The notes beneath the pieces are model-generated. The model was not told where the DNA came from and searched no databases. It saw nothing but the letters and a program-made list of their open reading frames with translations. Positions 12,292 through 25,905 of a DNA stretch of 64,000 nt are shown here, piece by piece. The first letter of the stretch is position 1; every line of letters begins with the position of its first letter. The position numbers and the translations under genes were made by a program. Origin of the DNA: Haliotis rubra (lineage: Eukaryota); assembly GCF_003918875.1 (NCBI RefSeq), contig NW_025767053.1, forward strand, positions 434,001 through 498,000, given 5' to 3'.

Positions 12292-15200
12292 CGGTTATCA
12301 ATACTGGACAATTCCCCACTAGGACATTTCCGCACATGACATTTCGCCACATGACATTTCCCCACACCTGTTTTGTAACCAGTAGGACAATTCCCTACCC
12401 ATCACAAATAATGAATAAACACAAGCTGAGATTGTATATATATATATTGTATTAATATAATTAAATATATAAAATCATATAATGAGCTCATTTTTCATCA
12501 GCTCACTCCGTTTATCTTGGAATTTACTTGGAATGGGGAATCTTTTTCATTTCAGAGTTTGTGATCTGACAGCATTTTACCAGAATATCTCTACATTATT
12601 GTAAATCTCATGTTATCTTGGAGAAAGTTAATATTGGAGAAGGTTATACAGTTATATGTGGCCCCTGTCAGATGGGCTGATGGACACAGGAAATCATTAA
12701 TTGCATCATCTTGAGTCCCATTTTGAAACCCACAGGAAATCATTATAAAACATTCTAATGACCTTACTGACCAACATACCCCTAATGCACAGATTAGTTA
12801 ATCCCACCCCCCTTAACAAGTGAATACACATAATGCACAGATTAGGTAATCCCATCCCCCCTAACAAGTGAATACACATCATGCACAGATTAGGTAATCC
12901 CATTGCCCCTAGCAAGTGAATACACATCATGCACAGATTAGGTAATCCCATTGCCCCTAGCAAGTGAATACACATAATGCACAGATTAGGTAATCCCATC
13001 CCCCCTAACAAGTGAATACACATCATGCACAGATTAGGTAATCCCATCCCCCCTAACAAGTGAATACACATCATGCACAGATTAGGTAATCCCATCGCCC
13101 CTAACAAGTGAATACACATCATGCACAGATTAGGTAATCCCATCCCCCCTAACAAGTGAATACACATCATGCACAGATTAGGTAATCCCCTAACAAGTGA
13201 ATACACATAATGCACAGATTAGTAAATCCCATCCCCTAACAAGTGAATACACATCATGCACAGATTAGGTAATCCCATCCCCTAACAAGTGAATACACAT
13301 CATGCACAGATTAGGTAATCCCATCCCCCCTAACAAGTGAATACACATCATGCACAGATAAGGTAATCCCATCCCCCCTAACAAGTGAATACACATCATG
13401 CACAGATTAGGTAATCCCATTGCCCCTAGCAAGTGAATACACATAATGCACAGATTAGGTAATCCCATCGCCCCTAACAAGTGAATACACATCATGCACA
13501 GATTAGGTAATCCCATCCCCCTAACAAGTGAATACACATCATGCACAGATTAGGTAATCCCCTAACAAGTGAATACACATAATGCACAGATTAGTAAATC
13601 CCATCCCCCTAACAAGTGAATACACATCATGCACAGATTAGGTAATCCCATCCCCCCTAACAAGTGAATACACATCATGCACAGATTAGGTAATCCCATC
13701 CCCCCTAACAAGTGAATACACATCATGCACAGATTAGGTAATCCCATCGCCCCTAACAAGTGAATACACATCATGCACAGATTAGGTAATCCCATCCCCC
13801 CTAACAAGTGAATACACATCATGCACAGATTAGGTAATCCCCTAACAAGTGAATACACATAATGCACAGATTAGTAAATCCCATCCCCCTAACAAGTGAA
13901 TACACATCATGCACAGATTAGGTAATCCCATCCCCCTAACAAGTGAATACACATCATGCACAGATTAGGTAATCCCCTAACAAGTGAATACACATAATGC
14001 ACAGATTAGTAAATCCCATCCCCCTAACAAGTGAATACACATCATGCACAGATTAGGTAATCCCATCCCCCCTAACAAGTGAATACACATCATGCACAGA
14101 TTAGGTAATCCCATCCCCCTAACAAGTGAATACACATCATGCACAGATTAGGTAATCCCATCCCCTAACAAGTGAATACACATCATGCACAGATTAGGTA
14201 ATCCCATCCCCCCGAACAAGTGAATACACATCATGCACAGATTAGGTAATCCCATTGCCCCTAGCAAGTGAATACACATAATGCACAGATTAGGTAATCC
14301 CATCCCCCCTAACAAGTGAATACACATCATGCACAGATTAGGTAATCCTATCCCCCCTAACAAGTGAATGCACATCATGCACAGATTAGGTAATCCCATC
14401 CCCCTTAACAAGTGAATACACATGATGCACAGATTAGGTAATCCCATCCCCCCTAACAAGTGAATACACATCATGCACAGATTAGGTAATCCCCTAACAA
14501 GTGAATACACATCATGCACAGATTAGGTAATCCCATCCCCCCTAACAAGTGAATACACATAATGCACAGATTAGGTAATCCCATCGCCCCTAACAAGTGC
14601 ATACACATCATGCACAGATTAGTTAATCCCATCGCATCTATTGTACTACAAATTTGTGATGTTTGTGGGGAATTGTCCTACTGGTTACAAAACAGGTGTG
14701 GGGAAATGTCAAGATGGGGAAATGTCATGTGGGGAATTGTCCTAGTGGGGAATTGTCCTGATGGGGAAATGTTCTACACTCGGGTATTATACGGTCCATC
14801 AGACTTGAATACACATGATGCACAGATTAGGTAATCCCATCCCCCCTAACAAGTGAATACACATCATGCACAGATTAGGTAATCCCATCCCCCCTAACAA
14901 GTGAATACACATCATGCACAGATTAGGTAATCCCATCCCCCCTAACAAGTGAATACACATCATGCACAGATTAGGTAATCCCATCCCCCTTAACAAGTGA
15001 ATACACATCATGCACAGATTAGGTAATCCCATTGCCCCTAGCAAGTGAATACACATAATGCACAGATTAGGTAATCCCATCGCCCCTAACAAGTGAATAC
15101 ACATCATGCACAGATTAGGTAATCCCATCCCCCCTAACAAGTGAATACACATCATGCACAGATTAGGTAATCCCATCCCCCCTAACAAGTGAATACACAT

Positions 15201-16520
15201 CATGCACAGATTAGGTAATCCCATCCCCCCTAACAAGTGAATACACATAATGCACAGATTAGGTAATCCCCTAACAAGTGAATACACATAATGCACAGAT
15301 TAGTAAATCCCATCCCCCCTAACAAGTGAATACACATCATGCACAGATTAGGTAATCCCCTAACAAGTGAATACACATAATGCACAGATTAGTAAATCCC
15401 ATCCCCCCTAACAAGTGAATACACATCATGCACAGATTAGGTAATCCCATCCCCCCTAACAAGTGAATACACATCATGCACAGATCAGGTAATCCCATCG
15501 CCCCTAACAAGTGAATACACATCATGCACAGATTAGGTAATCCCATCCCCCTAACAAGTGAATACACATCATGCACAGATTAGGTAATCCCTAACAAGTG
15601 AATACACATAATGCACAGATTAGGTAATCCCATCCCCCTAACAAGTGAATACACATCATGCACAGATTAGGTAATCCCATCCCCTAACAAGTGAATACAC
15701 ATCATGCACAGATTAGGTAATCCCATCCCCCCTAACAAGTGAATACACATAATGCACAGATTAGGTAATCCCCTAACAAGTGAATACACATAATGCACAG
15801 ATTAGTAAATCCCATCTCCCCTAACAAGTGAATACACATCATGCACAGATTAGGTAATCCCCTAACAAGTGAATACACATAATGCACAGATTAGTAAATC
15901 CCATCCCCCCTAACAAGTGAATACACATCATGCACAGATTAGGTAATCCCATCCCCCCTAACAAGTGAATACACATCATGCACAGATTAGGTAATCCCAT
16001 CGCCCCTAACAAGTGAATACACATCATGCACAGATTAGGTAATCCCATCCCCCCTAACAAGTGAATACACATCATGCACAGATTAGGTAATCCCCTAACA
16101 AGTGAATACACATAATGCACAGATTAGTAAATCCCATCCCCCTAACAAGTGAATACACATCATGCACAGATTAGGTAATCCCATTGCCCCTAACAAGTGC
16201 ATACACATCATGCACAGATTAGGTAATCCCCTAACAAGTGAATACACATAATGCACAGATTAGTAAATCCCATCCCCCTAACAAGTGAATACACATCATG
16301 CACAGATTAGGTAATCCCATCGCCCCTAACAAGTGCATACACATCATGCACAGATTAGTTAATCCCATCGCATCTATTGTACTACAAATTTGTGATGTTT
16401 GTGGGGAATTGTCCTACTGGTTACAAAACAGGTGTGGGGAAATGTCAAGATGGGGAAATGTCATGTGGGGAATTGTCCTAGTGGGGAATTGTCCTGATGG
16501 GGAAATGTTCTACACTCGGG
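12292..16520. mobile_element. Non-autonomous TIR element with GGACAATTCCCC subterminal repeats, enclosing a 48-bp satellite; right half duplicated
   Basis: 12305..12410 is the inverted match of 14650..14775 and of 16386..16512. Confidence 0.75.
12783..16365 (+). repeat. Tandem array, ~48-bp unit (ATGCACAGATTAGGTAATCCCATCCCCCCTAACAAGTGAATACACATC), interrupted at ~14635..14805
   Basis: Direct inspection. Explains the MGLPNLCMMCIHLLGG pseudo-ORFs. Confidence 0.95.
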
Positions 16521-16845
16521 TATTATACGGTCCATCAGACTTGAAGTGCTTAATAGGCAACGTGACTGATGATATGGAGGTTAACGATCCACTGAATAAA
16601 GGTTTGTTCGTGGATATACCGCTTGAACCTACAAGTTTGATCAACAAGATTCTGTCGGGTACTACGGCACTGGTCGGTTTTTAATTGCCCCATTCACAAA
16701 AAAAGGTATTTTGAACGGATGCTCTAATGATAGGCAACTGCTCTTACTAGTTCTATAGCCCTAGTCTATAAACATTTGGGGTTAGTCTACAGAGTGACTG
16801 CTCCTTGGGCTATCATGTGGCCGATATCGCCCCTGAGACTAGCCA

Positions 16846-17704
16846 AATGATCAACTGTATTCGTAGTTTTAATGATCAAATCGTAGAACCTTAGCACCAA
16901 TGTATAAACAATATACATGTATTTGAGTATTGCGGCCATATTTGATGATATGCCCAACGATCAACTGTATTCGTAGTTTTAATGATCAAATCGTAGAACC
17001 TTAGCACCAATGTATAAACAATATACATGTATCTGAGTATTGCGGCCATATTTGATGATATGCCCAATGATCAACTGTATTCGTAGTTTTAATGATCAAA
17101 TCGTAGAACCTTAGTACCAATGTATAAACAATATACATGTATCTGAGTATTGCGGCCACATTTGATGATATGCCCAATGATCAACTGTATTCGTAGTTTT
17201 AATGATCAAATCGCAGAACCTTAGAACCAATGTATAAACAATATACATGTATCTGAGTATTGCGGCCATATTTGATGATATGCCCAATGATCAACTGTAT
17301 TCGTAGTTTTAATGATCAAATCGCAGAACCTTAGCACCAAGGTATAAACAATATACATGTATCTGAGTATTGCGGCCATATTTGATGATATGCCCAATGA
17401 TCAACTGTATTCGTAGTTTTAATGATCAAATCGTAGAACCTTAGCACCAAGGTATAAACAATTTACATGTATCTGAGTATTGCGGCCACATTTGATGATA
17501 TGCCCAATGATCAACTGTATTCGTAGTTTTAATGATCAAATCGTAGAACCTTAGCACCAATGTATAAACAATATACATGTATCTGAGTATTGCGGCCATA
17601 TTTGATGATATGCCCAATGATCAACTGTATTCGTAGTTTTAATGATCAAATCGTAGAACCTTAGCACCAATGTATAAACAATTTACATGTCTCTAAGTAT
17701 TGCA
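16846..17704 (+). repeat. Tandem array, 110-bp unit x ~7.8
   Basis: AATGATCAACTGTATTCG recurs at 16846, 16956, 17066 ... 17616. Confidence 0.95.
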
Positions 17705-18209
17705 GCTCTATCTGGGACAAGTGCACACAAGAACAATTTTTTTATTCCAACTATTAATTAATTAATTAAATATCGATGCACTGAGAACAATACAGAATTC
17801 CCAGTAATTATTGAGAAAATCTTTGTTTCCCAATACTGATGATAGAATTTTAAGATAGGTGTTACATTATGTAGTAAGGGTACTCAATATGCGAGGCCAC
17901 TCTTGTAGGCTAAAGAATGACCTTACTACATCAAGAGTTATTTCCCCTGGTATAGCAGACGGCACCCTTTGTTGACATGGAAGATTTGGCAGAAGAAGAG
18001 AAAAGAAAGCTGGTTCTAGATGATTTTGAAAGGGGTTTGACTTAATGCAAATGATTTAGCTGGTAGACATGACATTTCTGTGTCTACAGTATACAGAACT
18101 TTGAAGAATATTCAGTCAGGAGTTGAGATTGAGCACAACACAGGGGCAGGGAGGGCAAGGAAGTTCAGTACTACGCTATATGACTGGCTATATGTACTAC
18201 ACTATATAT

Positions 18210-19605
18210 AGGTTCCATGCCTTTAGTACAGCTTCGACAATATCCTGAAGATTTCCGCCATACTTTAAAACATCCTACAATGGAAAATTGCAGGGGTTAT
18301 TCAAATTTGATTTTTTCATGTATCTTCTCAGTGTAGATAGTTTCATGGCATCATATCAACCATGCGCAGGCCCCCTTCGGTGTAATTGTTTCTCAAAGTG
18401 CTCCGTTTAATTTTGTCTATTTTGCCATTCCAAATAAATTTGAAAAATAATTTCTCATGTGAAGTTATAAATGCTTTCGGTGGGTTTGGCAAAGTATTAA
18501 AGATATGAACCAACTTTGAAATAGCCAATGTTTTAATAACCGTGATTTTGCCAATTAATGTTAAATGCCTTTTTCTCCATGTTGATAGGAGTCTATTGAC
18601 CTCTTCCAGCGTTTTTCTTGCATTGATAACCCATAAGTCATTCAAATCAGGAGTAAATTTAAATTCCAAAACCTCAAATTCATTTCTTTGCCATTCTATA
18701 TTCAAATCCGGACAGATAATATATCTGCTACCCGCTTTAGAGCCAATCCAGATTGCTTTCGTCTATATTCTATATTTATTCTTATATTTATTCTTAATCC
18801 TGATATGCCATAAAAATATTAAGAGTGTCAATAGCTGTATATAAACATCTGAGCCACCCACAAAAAGTTTAGTATCATCGGCATATTGCCCTAATTTATA
18901 TTCTCTATTATCAATTACAATGCTGTTTATACTATTTATTTTGTCTGATCATGCATCCAAGGATTTCAGCTACAAAAAGGAAAAGGTATGGTGATAGTGG
19001 ATCCCCTTGCCTACAGCCATGCTCATTAGGAAAAAAATCAGAGAGATGTCCGTTCTGAATAACACATGAGGTAGTTTCATAAGTTAATATATTAATCCAG
19101 CGTATGATTTGTGGACCAAAACCAAATTTTAATAAAACAGAATTAATATATTCATTAGAAACTGTATCAAATACTTTTTCAAAATCAGTGAGAATTAACT
19201 AAGCTGGCATATCTCTTTTCTTAGTCTCAAACATGATATCATATAACAGTCTTGTGTTTTCACTTAATGTTCTACCTGGTATAAATCCAGTCTGATTTTC
19301 ATGTATGAGAAAATCAAGGGTCGTTGTTTCACCGATCAGAGATACATACACTAATTATTTTATACAAAGCATTTAATAACGTAATTGGTCTCCAGTTCTT
19401 AAGTAAGTTTCTGTTTTTAATAGCTTTAGGTATGCATGTGTAACACCTCTTTTTGATGGTGAGAGACAGCATATTTGTTTCAGAAACTTCTTTAATATAC
19501 CTGAAAATCCAGAATATTTGAAAAAAAACTATTGGAAATCCATCTAGACCAGGGCTTTTGTTATTTTTCATGTTCTTAACTGCCAAAGATATTTCATTCA
19601 TGTCT
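18210..19605 (-). mobile_element. L1/Tx1-like LINE ORF2 (reverse transcriptase) fragment, degenerate
   Basis: KSPGLDGFP, WRPITLLN, GCRQGDPLSPYLF, QYADDT, LTLIGKITVIKTL and EGGL motifs read across frameshifts. Confidence 0.9.
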
Positions 19606-19612
19606 ATTTACA

Positions 19613-19774
19613 GGGGCGGTGGGGTAGCCTAGTGGTTAAAGCGTTGGCTCGTCACGCCGAAGACCCGGGTTCGAATCCCCACATGGGTACAATGTGTGAA
19701 GCCCATTTCTGGTGTCCCCCGCCGTGATGTTGCTGGAATATTGCTAAAAGCAGCGTAAAACCAAACTCAGTCAG
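19613..19774 (+). mobile_element. tRNA(Asp)-like SINE family 1, intact, with 15-bp TSD TCATGTCTATTTACA
   Basis: A box TAGCCTAGTGG, GTC anticodon-like loop, B box GGTTCGAATCC. TSD at 19598..19612 and 19775..19789. Confidence 0.92.
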
Positions 19775-20620
19775 TCATGTCTATTTACAAAGACTTCCGC
19801 TACATAGCTGGAATAGTGGTGAGTGCGGCGTAAAACTCAACTCAACTACAAAGACTTAATTGGGTGAAAAAGCACGGAATTTCCTCACCATTAATGAACG
19901 ATGCACAAAAAGTACGTTAAAACCGGCGTAGGGCTCACAAAACTCACGTCTGGCCTTTTCCGAACTGTGTGAAATACAATACCCTGAAACCTATTAAGCA
20001 ACGCCCAAAACTTAGCCCTCAGTTTTACATGTGGGGCGAGATATCATCACGTGGAGTGACGCCGTTGTGTATTTTGACTGGAAATAAACCAAAAAAGGCT
20101 TAGAAATACTGATAATATGAAGAAAGAAGCGGTCGAATAAGGGATGTGCTGTCACACGATTTCCCACAAACCTTGATCGGTAGAGTACCAAGGCGCATTC
20201 AGTCGTGTATTGCCGGGAAAAGAGGACTCACAAAGTACTGTAAAGACACTTAGTCTGTAAGAGAATCATATATCAACATATTCATTTAAGTAAACCTTCT
20301 ATAGTTTATATACATGTATTAGATACCTGCTGAAACAACTTTCTCAATAACGTCTGGGAATACCACACGTGGAGCAGTCAGCGGGACAATCAGTGGGACA
20401 GTCAGTGGGAATGTCCATAATAAAGCATAAGAATATACAAACTTCCAGCCCCAAAAGTAAAAACAACATATAATCAAAGATAATCTACTGCCCGACTACC
20501 TTAATGGTCATATTCCACCTTAAGCGGCCGAATCCAATCTGTATAATCCCAGAAACCAATCCAGTATCCAAACTGTACGTTACAAAACCATTATGAAAAA
20601 TCCTTTTCACCTGATATAAT

Positions 20621-20876
20621 GAGTTTAGTTTTACGCCGCCTGTAGCAATATTCCAGCAATATGACGGCTGGGGAAACCAGAAATGGGCTTCACACATAAT
20701 GCCCATGTGGGGAATCGAACCCGGGTCTTCGGCTTGACGAGCGAACACTTTAACCACTAGGTTACCCCACCGTCCCAGATGTGTGCGCTTCATGGACATG
20801 TCCGTTAGTTTTAAAACCGCTCCAGATTTGGCGTGACGAACGAACACTTTAACCACAAGGCTACCGAACCGCCCTA
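20621..20876 (-). mobile_element. SINE family 1 with a duplicated head and the same spacer as the 109-bp array
   Basis: Full SINE at 20621..20776, preceded on the - strand by head + AAATCTGGAGCGGTTTTAAAACTAACGGACATGTCCATGAAGC. Confidence 0.85.
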
Positions 20877-21639
20877 GCAGACCAGAAGGAGAGACAACAA
20901 GGGGTGCTTCACATAGAACTTTCTATGAGGAAGTCCAGCATTTAAGGCTACCGAACCGCCCTAGCAGATCAGAAGGAGAGACAACAAGGGGTGCTTCACA
21001 GAGAACTTTCTATGAGGAAGTCCAGCATTTAAGGCTACCGAACCGCCCTAGCAGATCAGAAGGAGACACAACAAGGGGTGCTTCACATAGAACTTTCTAT
21101 GAGGAAGTCCAGCATTTAAGGCTACCGAACCGCCCTAGCAGACCAGAAGGAGAGACAACAAGGGGTGCTTCACATAGAACTTTCTATGAGGAAGTCCAGC
21201 ATTTAAGGCTACCGAACCGCCCTAGCAGATCAGAAGGAGACACAACAAGGGGTGCTTCACATAGAACTTTCTATGAGGAAGTCCAGCATTTAAGGCTACC
21301 GAACCGCCCTAGCAGACCAGAAGGAGAGACAACAAGGGGTGCTTCACATAGAACTTTCTATGAGGAAGTCCAGCATTTAAGGCTACCGAACCGCCCTAGC
21401 AGACCAGAAGGAGAGACAACAAGGGGTGCTTCACATAGAACTTTCTATGAGGAAGTCCAGCATTTAAGGCTACCGAACCTCCCTAGCAGATCTGAAGGAG
21501 AGACAACAAGGGGTGCTTCACATAGAACTTTCTATGAGGAAGTCCAGCATTTAAGGCTACCGAACCGCCCTAGCAGATCAGAAGGAGAGACAACAAGGTG
21601 TGCTTCACATAGAACTTTCTATGAGGAAGTCCAGCATTT
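20857..21639 (-). repeat. Tandem array, 87-bp unit x 9, with a SINE head fragment and an internal hairpin
   Basis: Period 87 (20881, 20968, 21055...). Unit contains GGGCGGTTCGGTAGCCT on the - strand and the palindrome CATAGAA-CT-TTCTATG. Confidence 0.95.
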
Positions 21640-21772
21640 CACAATCATGTTGTCTTCACAGTAAACTTCCGACGAATTAAGTTTCTCGCCTGAAACACGT
21701 TTTGTGATGTTTATTTTTCTGACAGTTAACATCTGAGTACACTGACACTAGACCAAACTCCCCGTCTAGACC

Positions 21773-22263
21773 AGGACCCCATTTTACAAAGAGAGCGTAG
21801 CTCTTCCACAGTCGTAAGTCTATGTGAAAGTATGGGGCTTACGATCACCTTAGCACTACGATCGTTTAGTACAATGCCACCCTAGGGTCCGTTTCACAAA
21901 ACGATCGTAACGCTACGACAGTCGTAAGTCTATGTTAAAGTATGGGGGTTACGATCCTCTTAGCGCTACGACTGTCGTAAGTCTATGTTAAGGTATGGGA
22001 GTTACGATCACCTTAGCGCTACGATCGTTTAGTACAATGCCACCCTAGGGTCCGTTTCACAAAACGATCGTAGCGCTACGACAGTCGTAACTCTATGTTA
22101 AAGTATGGGGGTTACGATCCTCTTAGCGCTACGACTGTCGTAAGTCTATGTTAAAGTATGGGGATTACGATCCTCTTAGCGCTACGACTGTCGTAAGTCT
22201 ATGTTAAAGTATGGGGGTTACCATCCTCTTTGCATTACGATCGTTTTGTGTAAAGGGGGCCTT
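21773..22263. mobile_element. Tandem MITE-like elements (PIF/Harbinger-like GGG.CC.TTTCACAAA ends) with internal palindromic repeats
   Basis: GGGTCCGTTTCACAAAACGATCG ... CGATCGTTTTGTGTAAAGGGGGCC; repeated CGTAAG...TTACG units. Confidence 0.6.
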
Positions 22264-23112
22264 GGCGACAATGGCCAACACACCTAAGGGCACAGCACCA
22301 TTCTTCGTGTAAGTTTTAGAAATAGGTTGCTTAAATCCTGCTTAAATCGACGGGACAGAAGAACGTAGTACCTGTTCAAGCAACATCACATAAGTATATA
22401 TATGTGACTACAGAGTGTGACGAAGTGTTTCATAATCCACCTGTTGGAGAGACAGCCTGGAGACGACGGAAAACACCCGGGGTTACAGCATTACACGTCA
22501 CAGACTACTTTATACAAGTGGTTCCACTGAAGCATGTCACACTCAATAAGGATGTTCATGGTCGACTCTACTGGAGGGAAACACATTGTGGTATTTATTG
22601 TGTTATTTATTAAACAGCTGTTTATCAAATAATAGGTTCATTATCACCTGAGTCTGGTCCAGGTTTCCGTGTTCGGAAACCTTCACGATGTCAAACAAAC
22701 AAACAAACAAACAGTCATTTTAACATTCTCCAGATATTGTGCAAGTATGATCGTGCATTACTTAAGTTAGCCATGGAACACATAAACACTTATAAACCTT
22801 ACTTAAACGTTGAATGAAACTGAAGGGTACCGGTGCTAAATGTCTGCATTGTCTTAAGTAAACAATTGGTATATAAACCATCCCCAGTAACTGTCCTGCT
22901 AGAGCTCATTCGTATACTCACAAAGTTCATAACTCATGGCATACATGCGTATTTTTGTTAAAAAGGTAATTAAGAATTGTTGTAACACTGCAAGAAATGA
23001 CTTTTATTGAATCACCATATGAGCAGACACTAGCTTTGAGTCATTACATATGTTTGTCAGCACCTTACATACTCAAGCATTACTCCGGCATCTGGTCAAG
23101 ACATAACTGACT

Positions 23113-23280
23113 GACTGACTGACTGAGTTTGGTTTTACGCCGCTTTTAGCAATATTCCAGCAACATCACGGCGGGGGACGCCAGAAATGGGCTTCACACA
23201 TTGTACCCGTGTGGGGATTCGAACCCGGGTCTTCGGCGTGACGAGCCAACGCTTTAACCATTAGGCTACCCCACCGCCCC
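23113..23280 (-). mobile_element. SINE family 1, intact, with ~17-bp TSD TCAAGA(C/T)ATAACTGACT
   Basis: Near identical to the copy at 19613..19774. Confidence 0.92.
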
Positions 23281-24659
23281 TCAAGATATAACTGACTTAC
23301 TGTTCAAAGCGGCTCTAAACCTAACTCACTCACTCACTCTCTCGTGATAAGAACAAGCATAACACCCCCACCCGACCCCCAGTATAACCACCCACTCGCG
23401 CGCATGCATGTTTGCATGTTTCTGTCCACGTGCAAACATCTTACATGTAACTTTACTCTCCACGCATACAAGAGGGGTACGTCATCGTCGACGGGGTATG
23501 GACGTTCCTGTAGTACCCTTGTACCGGGTGACGCTGTGCTATGTTGACAAGCTGTGTACACAGGGAAGTAGGGAGTTATTATACGGCTCAGCTGTTATCA
23601 GCACATGCGTGATTGGTATAAGTGACTCTCACCTTTCTGTTGACGCACTGGTCCGGTGCTGTAATGGCGCTGCTGGGTGGCTATGTAGGTTATATACCTA
23701 TGGGCTAGTACACCTGTCCATTACGGTCAAAATAATGGACCAGGTTTAATAACGAGCCACCAGCTGTATGACTGAGTTAGTAGTTTGCTGATGTTATCAG
23801 ATTATATACTCATGCCAATAATGGTTGTCACCCCCTTCAATTATTTTTATTGGAGAGGGGTTGGGGATGTGGGGTGTGTGGGGGTTGGGGTGGGGAGGGG
23901 ATGACAACCATTATTGGCATGAGTATATTTATAAACCAAACACTCGGCACGTATTAAAAAGTTTCTTGATGACCACAGTTTCAAATATTATTTTATCACT
24001 GGAAGATTACCTGTGAGGACGCTGTGTTAGGACATGAACCTAAAACCTACATTACACACGAAGGTCAAGGTTATGAACATACTGCTGCACCTTGCAGCGT
24101 GTTGTAAATCTTGAATCACTGAACCTTCCAGCCTTTCATAAACCCTTCAGCTTGTGTCTACTGTCAGGTGTCTTCCATTACGCAGATACCCCAGTTTCCT
24201 GACAGCTCAAAAACATCTGTCATGGTTGAAGTCACGGCAATTTTCTATCTATTTTCCTCTCCACTAAACTGGAGACATAGGTCATACAGAAATTCAAATA
24301 ATACAAAAGTACTGATTAATCTTCCACTGATTTCGAAGCCATATTTAAAGACAAGAGACTACCAGCATAACAATATATCCAGATTTCCAAATGTTATTCC
24401 ATCGATCTAGCGCTGGTTTATGGTATATTGCCGGAAGCATTTCAGAAGTCAGGTCGGGTTTTCAGTCCCTTTGAGACAAGCTTTGGATGGATAGATTTTA
24501 TTTACGTCTCGCCTCAACATGGTACAAAAACAGCTAAGAACACAAACGCAATATCACAGTAAAACGTTGAGCCATTCCGTACGGAATTATGAGAGACACT
24601 TGTGCTAAAAAATATACAGAGTTTAATATATGAATATTGCAGATACAACCAAAAAGAGT

Positions 24660-25905
24660 ACAATTTACGTTAATAAGATATGTACAAATATGCAGTGCGC
24701 TTTATAAGAATATTAAGGCAGGTTTTGGCGGATAAAAACGATACTGGACAGGATAGAATAAAACTAACTTTTTCAGCATCCCCCAGATTGAAGAAAAAAA
24801 CATCAAAAAGACTTGTACATTTAGATAAAAGTTGCAATCGCTCATCAGCATACAAAAGACAATGCAATAAAACATGGCACTCATCTTCAATAAAATCTTT
24901 ACAGTAGAAGCAGATTCTTTCAGTTGAAGCACAACCAACGTAACGGCCAGTTTCGATTCTAAGCGGAGCTACCCCACATCTGAACAAAGCTAGTGCTTTT
25001 CTCATAGAACGCGACATATTACAATTAACATAAAGTTCACTGCCAAAATCCAACTTAAAAGTACAGTACGTGCGTGACTTATTACCTCCCCCTACCAGTT
25101 AAACTACCAACTTGTAAAAGGTCCTGTTTCCAATTAAAAACGAAATCGCTAAAAACAACCTCTAAACTACAAAGGGAATATAGTACCCAAAGTTGATATC
25201 CTTAAAATGATCCAGTTTTAAATCCGACAACTTCTTACAAACTCTACAATTCCAAAAAAACCTCGACACACTCCTCCACTGATTTACAACTGTAGGGTAC
25301 CAGTCAATATCTCCGATAACAACATTATTAGAAGCAAACTTGCGCAAACCCAGAAAAAACCCGCATAGCTCTGTTATGAACAGCATTAATACAGGAGAAA
25401 CTATAAGTACCCTATATTGCACAACCATAATCAATAGTAGACCATACCATAGAGTGATATAATTTAGGGTAAGTTTGAAATTGCATACAGCCTAAAAGCT
25501 TATACTTGGTTATAAGTAAACTTAAAGCCATGCTAGCTGGTCTCGCTACAGCTTTAGCCATGAGACCATAATCTAGATGCTCTGATAAAAGAAGACCCAA
25601 ATAAGTATAACTGTCAACAACTTCTAATTGCATATCACCACAGAAAAATAAAACGTCAGTTCTGACAACTGAAGCTCCCCTAAAATGGATAACCTTAGAC
25701 TTAGAGCAATTAACCATCATTTTGTTACAAACAGTCCAGTTATGCAGACATTCAAGCATCGCATTAAGATCATTCTCACACGCAGCAATTAAAACAATAT
25801 CATCTGCATGTGCTAATATACAAACATTACTACCATCAATATCAACACCCAACGACAAATATTCAATTGTAACAATAAGATCATTAATGTACATAGTGTG
25901 CACAT
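24660..25905 (-). mobile_element. LINE ORF2 3' fragment (RT end plus C-terminal Cys/His region; CR1-group- or RTE-X-like)
   Basis: YINDL, LAHADDIVL, YTYLG, LRIETGRY..RICFYC..IEDECHVLLHC. Confidence 0.85.

Larger units (their letters stand above)
17793..20365 (+). mobile_element. Fragmented Tc1 element carrying nested LINE and SINE insertions
   Basis: Left TIR CAGAATTCCCAGTAATTATTGAGAAA; right TIR TTTCTCAATAACGTCTGGGAATAC. Both flanking pieces match the Tc1 copy at 48691..49948. Confidence 0.75.

Noticed and set aside
12706-16120. Multiple ORFs of repeated MGLPNLCMMCIHLLGG
   Set aside because: Translation of a 48-bp satellite with frequent C-run indels; no splice or domain support.
19613-19690. 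tRNA-Asp gene
   Set aside because: No acceptor stem; continues into a SINE body and tail with a TSD; many dispersed copies.
478-21639. CRISPR-like appearance of the regular arrays
   Set aside because: Units are fully repeated with no unique spacers, there are no cas genes, and the context is eukaryotic.
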